From an uncultured Gemmatimonadota bacterium (lineage in GTDB: Bacteria; Gemmatimonadota; Gemmatimonadetes; Palauibacterales; Palauibacteraceae): a stretch of DNA of 40,220 nt. A program made the translations under genes and the position numbers. Shown here piece by piece: positions 16,809-26,481 of this stretch. Under the pieces are notes generated by a model, which was given only the letters and a program-made list of their open reading frames with translations, had not been told where the DNA came from and made no database searches. The stretch covers positions 1-40,220 of the forward strand of contig CAYMQZ010000005.1 of NCBI GenBank assembly GCA_964392705.1, read 5' to 3'. Positions within the stretch are counted from its first letter, which is position 1; every line of letters begins with the position of its first letter.

Positions 16809-18869
16809 TCAGCGCCCTTCGCGCACGGGGACGAACAGCGCCGCGTCGGCATAGACCCGGCCGTCGCCCGCGGCTCGCACCGCGAGGAAGGCCTCCTCGC
16901 TCGGATCGAACCGGAACTCGCCCAACCGCACCCACGAGACGATGCCGTGCTGGAGCCCGCCGTGGATCTCGTCCGGCTCGCGCATGTCGACCGTGAGGGT
17001 GTCGACGCCGTCGGCGTGGCGGACGACGACGGGCACGGCGGTCGAGAGCGCTTCCGACCTCGGCCAGTAGAGGTGGACGTCGTAGGCCCCTTCCGCCGGG
17101 ATGTCCGGCACGAAGCGCACCTCGCCCGGCCCCCCGCCGTCGTGGCGGAGGGCGGTCATCCCGAACTTCCCCTCCGGCGACTCGCGGCTCCACGAGCCCG
17201 AGATCTGCACGCGATCCGCGTCCCCGTCGTCCACCAGCGCCTCGGGCGTGCTGCCGTCGGCCAGCGGGTTCTCCTTCAGCTCGCGCTGGAGGGCCGCCAC
17301 GTCGACGGCCTGGACGAGGGTGTCGGCGTCGATCGCCATGGAGGCGGCGACGGCGGCTACCTGTCCCAGCACCATGTAGACCGGCTCCATGCGGATCGAG
17401 CCGAACGCGATGTGGGAGGCCGATAGCGCCACGGGCACGAGCAGGTTCGTCACCTCCTCCCGCTTCGGGGTGAGCGAGCGATAGGAGATGGGGTAGGGCT
17501 CGACCACGACCGCCCCACCCAGGTCGTCGTCGGGCCAGCCGCCGACCTCGACGTTGCCCTCGTTCTTCACCATGCCGTCCACTACCACCCGCTGGACGTT
17601 GTGCGAGTCCATCGTGTAGGCGGCCAGGCCGACCCCGTCTTCCACGACCTCCCGTCCCACGGCGTGGTGCTCCGTCATCACGTGCTCGCCCACGAGCCGG
17701 CGGGCCTCGCGCACGTAGAGCTGGTGCGGCCAGCCGCCCGTGTCCAGGAACTCGTCAGCGCAGTAGCCCCAGCTCCCCGTCTGCTCCCGGAGGCGCGCCG
17801 GGACCCGCGGATCGTTCGCGAGGAAGAAGATGAGCCCTTTCTGGTACGCCTCGTGCTCCCGGCGGATCTCGGCCCGCCGCTCGTGGCCGGCCTCCGGGTA
17901 GTCCCAGTTCTTCCCGATGTAGTCGGTCGAGAACCCGCCGCGGTTGTTCCAGTCCGTCTTCCCGTTGGGCATGCGGCTGATGATGAAGAGCGAGTCCAGC
18001 GACGGCGTTTCCTCGGCCGCGATCCTCCGGAGCAGCAGCTCGTAGCGATCGGGGTCGTAGGCCTCCGGTCGGGCGATCGGGACGCGATCCTCGCCCTGGC
18101 AGAGGCTCATGCGGTAGTTGTACGCCTGTACCCCGCGGTCGCCGGTCCCGTTCGGCGCGACGCGCCCGCTGGTCATCTCGGGAAGCAGGCCGCTGGAGGG
18201 GTCCCCCGGCACGACGTAGGGATCCACCCCGTCGGGGAACTGGTGCCGCCCCCGCAGCTGCACGCCGTTCAGGGTCTCGGCGTAGATGTCGTTGCCCTCG
18301 CGGCCCACGATGTACGAGGCGCCGGCCATGGCCATCAGGTCGCCCTCGTAGCTCGCGTCGATGAACTGGCGGGCGGCCACGACCAGAGGGCCCGCTCCCG
18401 TACCGGGGCCGGCGTATTCCAGCTCGACGTCGCGGATGCGGGGGCCGTCCTTCCGAACCTCCTTCAGCCGCCGAGAGAACAGGATCTCGACATCGGCCTC
18501 GTCGACGTACGATTCGAACGTCCGCTCGGCGACGTGTGGCTCGAACTGCCACGCCTCGAACCAGCCGTACTGGCGTCCGACGCGGCGGTAGAAGTCGAGC
18601 GCCAGCCCGGTCACGGCGAACTTGTTCCCGATGTCGGTCTGGCCCAGGCCGCCCGAGCTCATGCCGCCCAGGTGCCGGCCCGGCTCGACCAGCAGCACGC
18701 TCCTCCCGTACGTCTTCGCGGTGTAGGCGGCGATGACGCCGGCCGACGTGCCGCCGTAGACGAGCACGTCCACCTCGAGATCCGATTGCCCGGAAAGGGG
18801 TGCTCCGGGAAGGGCGAGGAGGACGGCGGTCGCGAGGAGCGCGGTCGAGCGGAGGGGCATCGGCTTCAT
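16809..18869 (-). CDS. Secreted FAD-dependent oxidoreductase (FAD_oxidored type) with golvesin/xanthan-lyase-like C-terminal domain, 686 aa
   Basis: Signal peptide; DVLVYGGTSAG; HLGGMSSGGLG; FIDASYEGDL; LYVREARRL; AYTMDSH; ISYRSLTPK..SASHIAFGSIRMEP; C-domain EGAYDVHLYWP..WVRLGEFRF..ADA. Confidence 0.9.
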   Translation of the reverse strand: MKPMPLRSTALLATAVLLALPGAPLSGQSDLEVDVLVYGGTSAGVIAAYTAKTYGRSVLLVEPGRHLGGMSSGGLGQTDIGNKFAVTGLALDFYRRVGRQYGWFEAWQFEPHVAERTFESYVDEADVEILFSRRLKEVRKDGPRIRDVELEYAGPGTGAGPLVVAARQFIDASYEGDLMAMAGASYIVGREGNDIYAETLNGVQLRGRHQFPDGVDPYVVPGDPSSGLLPEMTSGRVAPNGTGDRGVQAYNYRMSLCQGEDRVPIARPEAYDPDRYELLLRRIAAEETPSLDSLFIISRMPNGKTDWNNRGGFSTDYIGKNWDYPEAGHERRAEIRREHEAYQKGLIFFLANDPRVPARLREQTGSWGYCADEFLDTGGWPHQLYVREARRLVGEHVMTEHHAVGREVVEDGVGLAAYTMDSHNVQRVVVDGMVKNEGNVEVGGWPDDDLGGAVVVEPYPISYRSLTPKREEVTNLLVPVALSASHIAFGSIRMEPVYMVLGQVAAVAASMAIDADTLVQAVDVAALQRELKENPLADGSTPEALVDDGDADRVQISGSWSRESPEGKFGMTALRHDGGGPGEVRFVPDIPAEGAYDVHLYWPRSEALSTAVPVVVRHADGVDTLTVDMREPDEIHGGLQHGIVSWVRLGEFRFDPSEEAFLAVRAAGDGRVYADAALFVPVREGR
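16903..17480. repeat. 578-bp direct repeat, copy 2 (inside the intact oxidoreductase gene)
   Basis: Identical to 1458-2035. Confidence 0.95.
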
Positions 18870-19250
18870 GAGGCGACTTCTCCGGTTCAGGGCATCAGGA
18901 CGGCCAGGACCACTCCGGCCTCGTCCCCATGGGCAAGGTAAGAGCCCCGGCACAGCACGAGGAGTGGAGGCCGCCCCGCCCCGGGCCTCGCGAGCGGCCC
19001 TCGAGCTCTTCGGCGTCCACGGTCCCTACCCCCCGGCCGGGCGCAGGTCCTCCGGAGTGCACGACCGACCCCCCCCATTCTGCAAACTTTTCCCTCTCCG
19101 GTCACGCGTGCCACGGCGGCCGACCACACGACCTCGGTATCCCGTAACGATTTCCGCCCGACGGAGAGGGTAAGGCCCGGGACTTGAATCAAGGCGTGGC
19201 TCGATACCGAGGGCCGCTGCCGTCGACCATCCTCTCTCCAGGAGTCGCCG

Positions 19251-20660
19251 TTGCCGGATCGGCACACCCCCATCCGCGTCGCGTCCGGGGGTCGCGCAGA
19301 ACGGGCGGATGTCTCGCCAGGGCGACCGAAGATCGCGCTGTACTCCCACGACGCCATGGGGATTGGGCACCTGCGTCGGAACCTTCTCCTGGCCGAGTGC
19401 TTCGTCACGGCGGCGCCGGGAACCACGGTTCTCCTCATCTCGGGCACGCGCGAGTCGGGAGCCTTCCCGGTCGTGCCGGGAGTCGACTGCCTGACGCTCC
19501 CGGCGCTGGAGAAGCGCGAGGATGGGACGTACGGTGCCAGGAACCTCCTGGTCGGGGCGAGGGCGCTTCACGAGTTGCGGAGGCGCAGCCTCCAGGCCGC
19601 TCTGGGGACGTTCCGCCCGAACGTGCTGATCGTGGACAAGCTCCCCCGCGGGGTGCTCGGCGAGCTCGATGAGACCCTCGCCGAGCTCCGGGCCGTAGGC
19701 AGCACGCGCACCGTGCTCGGGCTCCGGGACGTGCTTGACGCCCCCGGCGCCATCCGCGCCGAGTGGTCCCGGACGGCCAACGAGGCGGTGATCGCGCGAT
19801 ACTACGACGCGGTCTGGGTCTACGGGGATCCGAAGGTCTACGATCCGGTTCGGGAGTACGGCTTCGGTCGGAGCGTCACGTCGAAGCTGGCGTTCACGGG
19901 CTACCTCGATCCGCGTTTCCGGACGTCCGCGTGGCCGACGACCGCGGACGGCCTTCCGGGCTCGGCGAACCGGCGTCTCGTCCTTTGCCAGGTGGGGGGC
20001 GGTCAGGACGGCGACCGCCTGGCCGAGGCCTTCGCCCGCGCCGAATACCCTCCCGAGACGTACGGGGTGATCCTGACCGGCCCTTTCATGCCGGAGGCGG
20101 CGCGGCGGCGTCTGGAACACCTGGCGGCCGCGCGACGGGACCTCGGGGTGGTGGGCTTCACGAGCCGGCCGGAGGGGCTGCTGCGGTCGGCGGACCGGGT
20201 CGTCGCCATGGGCGGCTACAATACGGTCTGCGAAGCGCTGTCGCTGCGGAAGTCCCTGCTCGTGGTTCCCCGGGTTCGTCCACGGTGCGAGCAGCTCATC
20301 CGCGCGGAACGGTTCGCCGAGCTCGGCCTGCTGGAAACCCTCCACCCGGATCGACTGAGCGCCGAGGCCCTGTCCGAGTGGCTCCGACGCGACCTCCCCC
20401 GCCCGAGCGAGGCGCGGGATCGCGTGGATTTCGAGGGTCTCCAGCGCCTGCCGCGGCTCCTGAGGGAGTTGTTGGCCGGGGCGGCCGTCCGAGGCATCCC
20501 GCGCTCCCTCGAGAAGACGGGGGGAGGGACCGGACCGGCGGGGGCCGGGGAGGGCTCGCCCGCGGGGCGGGAGCGCGGATCGCTGACGGAGCCGGGCGAG
20601 AGGGGACCGACCGGTCTCGTTTCCGAGACGGCGAGGATGGGGGCCGACGGTGGGGGTTGA
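19251..20660 (+). CDS. GT-B glycosyltransferase (COG4671-like, GT28-type C-terminal domain) 1
   Basis: ALYSHDAMGIGHLRR; LIVDKLPRG; VLGLRDVLD; YYDAVWVYGDP; VGGGQDG; VAMGGYNTVCE; VVPR..EQLIRA. The TTG start follows aggag; an alternative start is ~19309. Confidence 0.88.
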   Translation: MPDRHTPIRVASGGRAERADVSPGRPKIALYSHDAMGIGHLRRNLLLAECFVTAAPGTTVLLISGTRESGAFPVVPGVDCLTLPALEKREDGTYGARNLLVGARALHELRRRSLQAALGTFRPNVLIVDKLPRGVLGELDETLAELRAVGSTRTVLGLRDVLDAPGAIRAEWSRTANEAVIARYYDAVWVYGDPKVYDPVREYGFGRSVTSKLAFTGYLDPRFRTSAWPTTADGLPGSANRRLVLCQVGGGQDGDRLAEAFARAEYPPETYGVILTGPFMPEAARRRLEHLAAARRDLGVVGFTSRPEGLLRSADRVVAMGGYNTVCEALSLRKSLLVVPRVRPRCEQLIRAERFAELGLLETLHPDRLSAEALSEWLRRDLPRPSEARDRVDFEGLQRLPRLLRELLAGAAVRGIPRSLEKTGGGTGPAGAGEGSPAGRERGSLTEPGERGPTGLVSETARMGADGGG

Positions 20661-20667
20661 GGCGGGG

Positions 20668-21960
20668 ATGCGCCGCGTAGCCATCTTCACCCACGACACG
20701 TTCGGCCTCGGACACGTGCGGCGGTGTCTTCACATCGCCCGCGCGCTGGTCGAGGGGGAGCCCCCCGCCACCGTGCTCTTGATCACGGGCTGTCCCGCCG
20801 TGGCCGCCCTCGGGGCTCCGCCCCGCGGCGCCGATATCGTCAAGATCCCCACCGTGGTCAAGACGGGGGCGCCGGAGCACCGTCCTCCCCACCTGTCTCT
20901 CCCGCTGGCGGAGACCACCGCGCTGCGGGCCCGACTCGTGCGCGAGGCGGTATCGGGTCTCGAGGCCGACGTCTTTCTGGTGGACAACTTCCCGCTGGGC
21001 TCGAGGGACGAGCTGCTTCCGGTCCTGCGTGCCCTGCGCCGGAGGAGGACTCGGACCGTGCTCGGGCTGCGCGACATCCTGGGAGCTCCCGAGGTGGTCC
21101 GGCGGGAGTGGAGGCGTCAGGGCGTCTACCAGATACTCGAACGCTATTACGACCGCATCCTCGTATACGGGCTCCCCTCGGTCCTCGACGTCGCCGAAGC
21201 GTACGATTTGCCGTCGCCCGTGGCTTCCCGGGTCGACTATTGCGGCTATATCACGGCGGAGGACCCGTTGCCGCCGGATGGCGCCCCGCCGGCGGAGATC
21301 GGAGAGGGGCCCTTCCTGCTGGCGACCGGCGGCGGCGGCGGCGACGCCTTTCCTCTCCTGGAGGCCTTCGTCGAAGCGCTCCCCCTGCTCCCGGACCTCC
21401 CGACCCTCGTCGTCACGGGACCCCTGATGAGCCCCGTCCAGCGGGAGGAGCTGGCTTCCAGGGTCGACGGTCGGCGTGACGTGACGATCCGCGACTACGT
21501 GCCCGGTCTCCGGACCCACATCGCGGCCGCCGCCGCGGTGGTCTCCATGTGCGGTTACAACACCGCGGCCGAGCTCATGGCCACGGGGACGCCGGCCGTC
21601 GTCGTCCCCCGCACCTGGCGGTACGGGGAGCACGCCCGAAAGAAGGCGGCGGGGGAGGAGTGGGAGCAGCTCATGCGGGCGCGCGCCCTCAGCGCCGGGG
21701 GCGTGGTGGAGCTCCTGGAGCCCGACGAGCTGGAACCGGAGCGCCTCGCCGAGCGCGTGCGGGCCGTCCTGGCGCGTGGCCGGCGGACGGGCGGTCCCCC
21801 GGCCGGACTGGACGGCCTGGCCGCGGTGAGGGAACGCTTGCTGGAGCTGGCCGAGAGTGGAGGGCGCCCGCGACCTGCGGACCGCGTCCGGGCCGCCGGT
21901 CCGGGAGAGGTAGGCTCGCTCCACCCCACGGTCGAGTTCGCGAGAGGAGGCCCGCGATGA
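20668..21960 (+). CDS. GT-B glycosyltransferase (COG4671-like) 2
   Basis: FTHDTFGLGHVRR; LVDNFPLG; LGLRDIL; YYDRILVYG; GGGGGD; SMCGYNT; EQLMRA; paralog of the upstream gene. Confidence 0.88.
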   Translation: MRRVAIFTHDTFGLGHVRRCLHIARALVEGEPPATVLLITGCPAVAALGAPPRGADIVKIPTVVKTGAPEHRPPHLSLPLAETTALRARLVREAVSGLEADVFLVDNFPLGSRDELLPVLRALRRRRTRTVLGLRDILGAPEVVRREWRRQGVYQILERYYDRILVYGLPSVLDVAEAYDLPSPVASRVDYCGYITAEDPLPPDGAPPAEIGEGPFLLATGGGGGDAFPLLEAFVEALPLLPDLPTLVVTGPLMSPVQREELASRVDGRRDVTIRDYVPGLRTHIAAAAAVVSMCGYNTAAELMATGTPAVVVPRTWRYGEHARKKAAGEEWEQLMRARALSAGGVVELLEPDELEPERLAERVRAVLARGRRTGGPPAGLDGLAAVRERLLELAESGGRPRPADRVRAAGPGEVGSLHPTVEFARGGPR

Positions 21961-23192
21961 CGAACCTTCCCGACTACCGACCGGGAGAGACCATCGGTTA
22001 CGTGCTCCGGAAATTCCCGGTCCTGTCCGAGACGTTCGTGCTGAACGAGTTGCTCGGCCTCGAGGCGCAGGGCGTGCCGCTGCACGTCTTCTCGCTCATG
22101 CGGCCGAACGACCCTCGCTTCCACGACGACCTGCCGAAGCTGAAGGCCCGGGTCTCGTACGTCCCGGACGCGACCGACCTGGCTAAGGCAATGCGGCACA
22201 ACCGGCGGCTCGCGGGTCGGGCCGGCCGGCGCTATCGGAGGGCCCTCTCCTACGTCGCGCGTCAGGCGAAGCCGGAGCTCCTGTGGCGGCTCCTCCAGGC
22301 CGGCTATGTGGCCAACGAGGCTCGCCGGCTCCGGCTTCGCCACCTGCACGCGCAGTTCGCCAACCGTCCGACCACCGTGGCGCTGCTGGCATCCCGGTTG
22401 ACCGGCGTTCCGTTCAGCTTCACGGCCCACGCCACCGATATCTTCAAGCACGCCGTGGACCGACAGGTGCTGGCGCGCAAGATCCGCGAGGCACGCTTCG
22501 TGGTGACCGTGAGCGAGTACAACCGGGACTACCTGGCGCGTCTCGCCGACGGGGCCGACCGGAAGATCGTGCGCATCCACAACGGCATCGATGTCGACCG
22601 GTTCGCGCCGAACGGGAACCCCCCTCCGAAGCCTTTCCGGATCCTCTGCGTGGCCCGGCTGGTCGAGAAGAAGGGCCTTCCATATCTGGTGGACGCCTGC
22701 GCGATGCTGCGGGAACGGGGAGTCGAGTTCCGTTGCGACATCATCGGCAAGGGAAGACTCCGCTCCGAGCTCGGCCGGCGGATCAAGGACCGGGGGCTCC
22801 GGCGCACGGTGCGTCTGCTGGGACCGAAGACCCAGGGCGAGGTGCTGGCCGAGTACCGGGCCTCGAACCTGTACGTCCTGCCGGCGATCGTCGGCTCCGA
22901 CGGAAACCGCGAGGGCCTGCCGGTCTCGATCGTCGAGGCGCTCGCCTGCGGCCTGCCGGTGATCGCCACCCCGGTGACGGGCATCCCCGAGGTGGTCCGG
23001 GATGGGCACAACGGGCTGATCGTCCCGCCCGCGGACGCGGCGCGGCTCGCCGAGGCGATCGAGCGCCTGATCCGGGACCCGCGGCTCTATCGGCGCCTGA
23101 GGGAAGGGGCCCGGCCCTCCGTGCTCTCGGCCTTCGACCGCCGCCGTACCGTCGCGGAGCTCCACCGGCTGATCGTGGAGGCGGCGACGTGA
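21957..23192 (+). CDS. GT4 family glycosyltransferase (WcaL-like), 411 aa
   Basis: ATGA coupling; KFPVLSETFVLNE; HLHAQF; SFTAHATDIF; VARLVEKKG; REGLPVSIVEALACG (EX7E). Confidence 0.92.
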   Translation: MTNLPDYRPGETIGYVLRKFPVLSETFVLNELLGLEAQGVPLHVFSLMRPNDPRFHDDLPKLKARVSYVPDATDLAKAMRHNRRLAGRAGRRYRRALSYVARQAKPELLWRLLQAGYVANEARRLRLRHLHAQFANRPTTVALLASRLTGVPFSFTAHATDIFKHAVDRQVLARKIREARFVVTVSEYNRDYLARLADGADRKIVRIHNGIDVDRFAPNGNPPPKPFRILCVARLVEKKGLPYLVDACAMLRERGVEFRCDIIGKGRLRSELGRRIKDRGLRRTVRLLGPKTQGEVLAEYRASNLYVLPAIVGSDGNREGLPVSIVEALACGLPVIATPVTGIPEVVRDGHNGLIVPPADAARLAEAIERLIRDPRLYRRLREGARPSVLSAFDRRRTVAELHRLIVEAAT

Positions 23193-24559
23193 AGATTTGC
23201 TACCTCTGTCCGGACCTCGGCATCCCGATCGGAGGGACCAAGGGCGCCGCCGCCCACGTGCGGGGTCTGGTCGCCGGTCTCGCGGAGCTCGGGCACCGGA
23301 TCCACGTGCTGAGCCCGGAGCCCGACGGAGCGACGGAGGCGGATCCGAGTCCGGACGCGAGGCGGGATCCGGGGCCGGGAGCGACGACGGGGGCGGAGCC
23401 GGAGACGAGCATGGAGCCGGGAACGGGATCGCGAACGGAGGCGCGCGTTTCCTTCGAACGGATTCCCATCCCTCCCCTGGTGGAAGGCCTTCGCCCCTCG
23501 CTTTCCCGTCCGTTGGCGCGCGCCCTGGCTCACCTGTGGACCAACGTCACGCTGGAGGCGACCCTCGAGCGGCGGCTCGTGGCCTTCCAGCCGGACGTCG
23601 TGTACGAGCGTTACAGCCCCTTCTCGGTGGCCGGAGGCGCCGTGGCCGGACGGTTCGGGCTCCCTCATCTGCTGGAGGTGAACTCGCCCCTCGCCTGGGA
23701 GGGGAGGACGTACCGGCGACAGGCGCTCGAGGAGGCGGCGGAAGGGCTCGAGCGCGCGGCGCTGAAGAACGCGTCCCTGGTGGTGGCGGTGAGCGAGGAG
23801 CTGCGGAGGACCCTGGTGGAGGTGACGGGGCTCCCGCACCGGAGGATCACCGTGGTCCCGAACGGCGTGGACGTCGGACTCTTCCGCCCCGGACGACCCG
23901 CCTTCGAAGGCCTCCGAGGGCGATTCGTGCTCGGGTTCGTGGGATCGTTGAAGCCCTGGCACGGGATCCAGGTGCTAATCGAGGCGTTTCGCCACCTGGC
24001 GCCCGACCCCCGCTTCCACCTCCTCGTGGTGGGCGACGGGCCGGAGAGGGCGGTCGTGGAGGAGCTGGAACGGGAGTGGCCCGGACGGGTCACCCGCCCC
24101 GGGGCCGTCTCGCAGCGCGAGGTCGCCTGGTACGTGGGGGCCATGGATGTGGCGCTAGCCCCTTACCCGCCGCTCGAGCGCTTCTACTACTCGCCGCTCA
24201 AGGTCCTGGAGTACATGGCGGCGGGGCGCGCGGTGGTGTGCAGCCGGATCGGGCAGCTGTCGCGCCTGCTGCGTCACGGAGAGACCGGGCTCCTGGTGCC
24301 GCCGGGGGACCCGATGGCGCTTGCCGCCGCCGTCCGGGCGCTGGCGGCGGACGATGACCTCCGGCGGACGCTGGGCCGGGCCGCCGCGCGGGAAGCCCGC
24401 GAGAGACACTCGTGGCGGGACCGGGCCGGCCGGGTCGTCGAGTTGGCCGGGGCGCTCGCTCGCGGCGCCCGGGTGGAGGCGGCGTCGGCGACTCGCGGCG
24501 CGCACGCGGCGTCGGGCGCGCTCGAGACGGCCGACGGCGTCGGGGAGGCGGTGGCCTGA
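23189..24559 (+). CDS. GT4 family glycosyltransferase, 456 aa
   Basis: GTGA coupling; VYERYS; LEVNSPL; VPNGVD; GFVGSLKPWHG; YSPLKVLEYMAAG. Confidence 0.92.
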   Translation: MKICYLCPDLGIPIGGTKGAAAHVRGLVAGLAELGHRIHVLSPEPDGATEADPSPDARRDPGPGATTGAEPETSMEPGTGSRTEARVSFERIPIPPLVEGLRPSLSRPLARALAHLWTNVTLEATLERRLVAFQPDVVYERYSPFSVAGGAVAGRFGLPHLLEVNSPLAWEGRTYRRQALEEAAEGLERAALKNASLVVAVSEELRRTLVEVTGLPHRRITVVPNGVDVGLFRPGRPAFEGLRGRFVLGFVGSLKPWHGIQVLIEAFRHLAPDPRFHLLVVGDGPERAVVEELEREWPGRVTRPGAVSQREVAWYVGAMDVALAPYPPLERFYYSPLKVLEYMAAGRAVVCSRIGQLSRLLRHGETGLLVPPGDPMALAAAVRALAADDDLRRTLGRAAAREARERHSWRDRAGRVVELAGALARGARVEAASATRGAHAASGALETADGVGEAVA

Positions 24560-24560
24560 G

Positions 24561-26420
24561 ATGCGGGTCGGGAACCACCGCTTCGGTCTCGGGAAGGTGC
24601 GGCGCGGCGCGCGGCGGCGCTGGCGCCAGTGGAAGGAGTGGGCGGAGATGGCGGCGCGGCTCGCCCCCTTCGTCCGGAAGCGCCGGCGGAAGCTGGCGCT
24701 GGCCATGGCCTGTGGGGCGGGCTACACGGCGGTCGGGCTCGCCCAGCCGTGGGCGCTGAAGCTGATCCTGGATACGGTGATCCTGGGCCACCCCCTCCCC
24801 GGATTTCTCGTCCCGGTGCTGCGCCCCGCGGCCGGCAGCCGCCTGCTGCTCCTGGACGCCCTGGTAGTGGCGATCGTCGGCCTGGCCCTGGCAAAGGGGC
24901 TGTTCTACTACTACCAGCGGCTGCTGGCCGCCCGCGTGGGACAGCGGGCGGTGGCCGACCTGCGGATGGAGCTGTACGGCCATCTGCAGCACCTCTGCTC
25001 CCGGTTCCACGACCGGCGGCGGACCGGCGACCTCCTCAACCGGCTCACGGGCGACATCCGGTTCCTCCGAGACATCTTCATCTCGCTGCCCATTTCGATG
25101 ACGGGGGAGCTGTTCCTGCTGGTGGGCATGCTGGCCGTCATGCTGGCCATGGACTGGAGCCTGACCCTGCTGGCTCTCCTCTCGGTTCCCGCGATCGCCG
25201 TGATCCTCCGGACCTACCAGGGTCCGATGCGCAAGGCGATCCGGCGGCAGCGGGACCGGGAGGGGGACATCGCCACCACGGCCGCCGAGGCGCTGGGCGC
25301 GATCCGGGTGATCCAGAGCTTCTGTCGTCAGGGCTTGGAGATCGAGCGCTTCGCGGTCTCGAACAAGCGCAGCCTGCGGACGGGTCTCAAGGCGACCCGA
25401 CTGGAGGCCAAGCTCCGCTGGTACGCCGAGGTCACGGTGGCCGTGGTCACCGCGCTGGTGATCGGGGTGGCGGCGCGCCGGGTCCTCTCCGGGGACCTCC
25501 TGCCCGGCGACCTGATCGTGTTCGTGAGCTACCTGCGGAACTTCAATCGGCCGTTGCGGCGGGTCTCGCGCATGGCCGAGCGGTCGGCGCGGGGCGTGGC
25601 GGCCGGCGAGCGCGTGCTGGAGATGCTCGCCGTGGAGCCCACGATCCGCGACGATCCCGATGCCGAGGAGGCCCCCGCGTTCCGCGGAGAGATCATCTTC
25701 GAGGGAGTCTCGTTCGAGCACCGCGGCGGGCAGCGCGTGCTCGATGGCGTCGACCTCCGGATCCGGCCTGGCGAGAAGGTCGCGATCGTGGGCCCCACCG
25801 GCACCGGGAAGTCCACCCTCGTGAGCCTCCTCGCCCGATTCTACGATCCGACCGAGGGCCGAGTCCTGATCGACGGATGCGACGTGCGGACCGTCACGCT
25901 CGAGAGCCTGAGGCGCCAAGTGGCGATCGTCTTCCAGGAGCCGGTCCTGTTCGCCGCCAGCATCGCCGAGAACGTCGGCTACGGAAAACCGGAGGCCACC
26001 GAAGAGGAGGTGCGGGCCGCGGCCGAGCGAGCGGGCGTCCACGACGTGCTGCTCGGCCTTTCGGAAGGCTACGAGACGGTGGTGGGGGAGCGGGGCTGCA
26101 CCGTGAGCGGTGGCCAGCGGCAATGCGTGGCCATCGCCCGGGCCATGATCAAGGATGCCCCGATCGTGATCCTGGACGAGCCGACGACCGGCCTGGACAG
26201 CGAATCGGCGGTCGTCGTTCTGCGCGCGCTCGACCGGCTGATGGAAGGCCGCACCGTACTCATGATCAGCCATCAGCTGGGAAGTATCCGGGCGGCCGAC
26301 CGCATCCTGGTGCTCCAGGGCGGGAAGATCGTCGAGGAGGGGACGCACGAGACCCTGGCGCAGGGGAGCGGTCTGTACGGCAGCCTGAGTCGCCTCCAGG
26401 TGGAGGCGCTCGTCTCGTGA
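24561..26420 (+). CDS. ABC exporter, fused TMD+NBD (MsbA/PglK-like), 619 aa
   Basis: Hydrophobic N-half; Walker A GPTGTGKST; signature VSGGQRQ; Walker B IVILDE; H-loop ISH. Confidence 0.93.
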   Translation: MRVGNHRFGLGKVRRGARRRWRQWKEWAEMAARLAPFVRKRRRKLALAMACGAGYTAVGLAQPWALKLILDTVILGHPLPGFLVPVLRPAAGSRLLLLDALVVAIVGLALAKGLFYYYQRLLAARVGQRAVADLRMELYGHLQHLCSRFHDRRRTGDLLNRLTGDIRFLRDIFISLPISMTGELFLLVGMLAVMLAMDWSLTLLALLSVPAIAVILRTYQGPMRKAIRRQRDREGDIATTAAEALGAIRVIQSFCRQGLEIERFAVSNKRSLRTGLKATRLEAKLRWYAEVTVAVVTALVIGVAARRVLSGDLLPGDLIVFVSYLRNFNRPLRRVSRMAERSARGVAAGERVLEMLAVEPTIRDDPDAEEAPAFRGEIIFEGVSFEHRGGQRVLDGVDLRIRPGEKVAIVGPTGTGKSTLVSLLARFYDPTEGRVLIDGCDVRTVTLESLRRQVAIVFQEPVLFAASIAENVGYGKPEATEEEVRAAAERAGVHDVLLGLSEGYETVVGERGCTVSGGQRQCVAIARAMIKDAPIVILDEPTTGLDSESAVVVLRALDRLMEGRTVLMISHQLGSIRAADRILVLQGGKIVEEGTHETLAQGSGLYGSLSRLQVEALVS

Positions 26421-26481
26421 GATCCGGGGGAATGCGTGTGATGCACTCTACGAAGGGCTGTGCAAAGCAGGGAGGCTGGCC

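Noticed and set aside
2036-16902. Autonomous mobile element (ICE, prophage or transposon)
   Set aside because: No integrase, transposase, relaxase or phage gene, and no obvious GC shift; only the flanking repeat geometry is reported.
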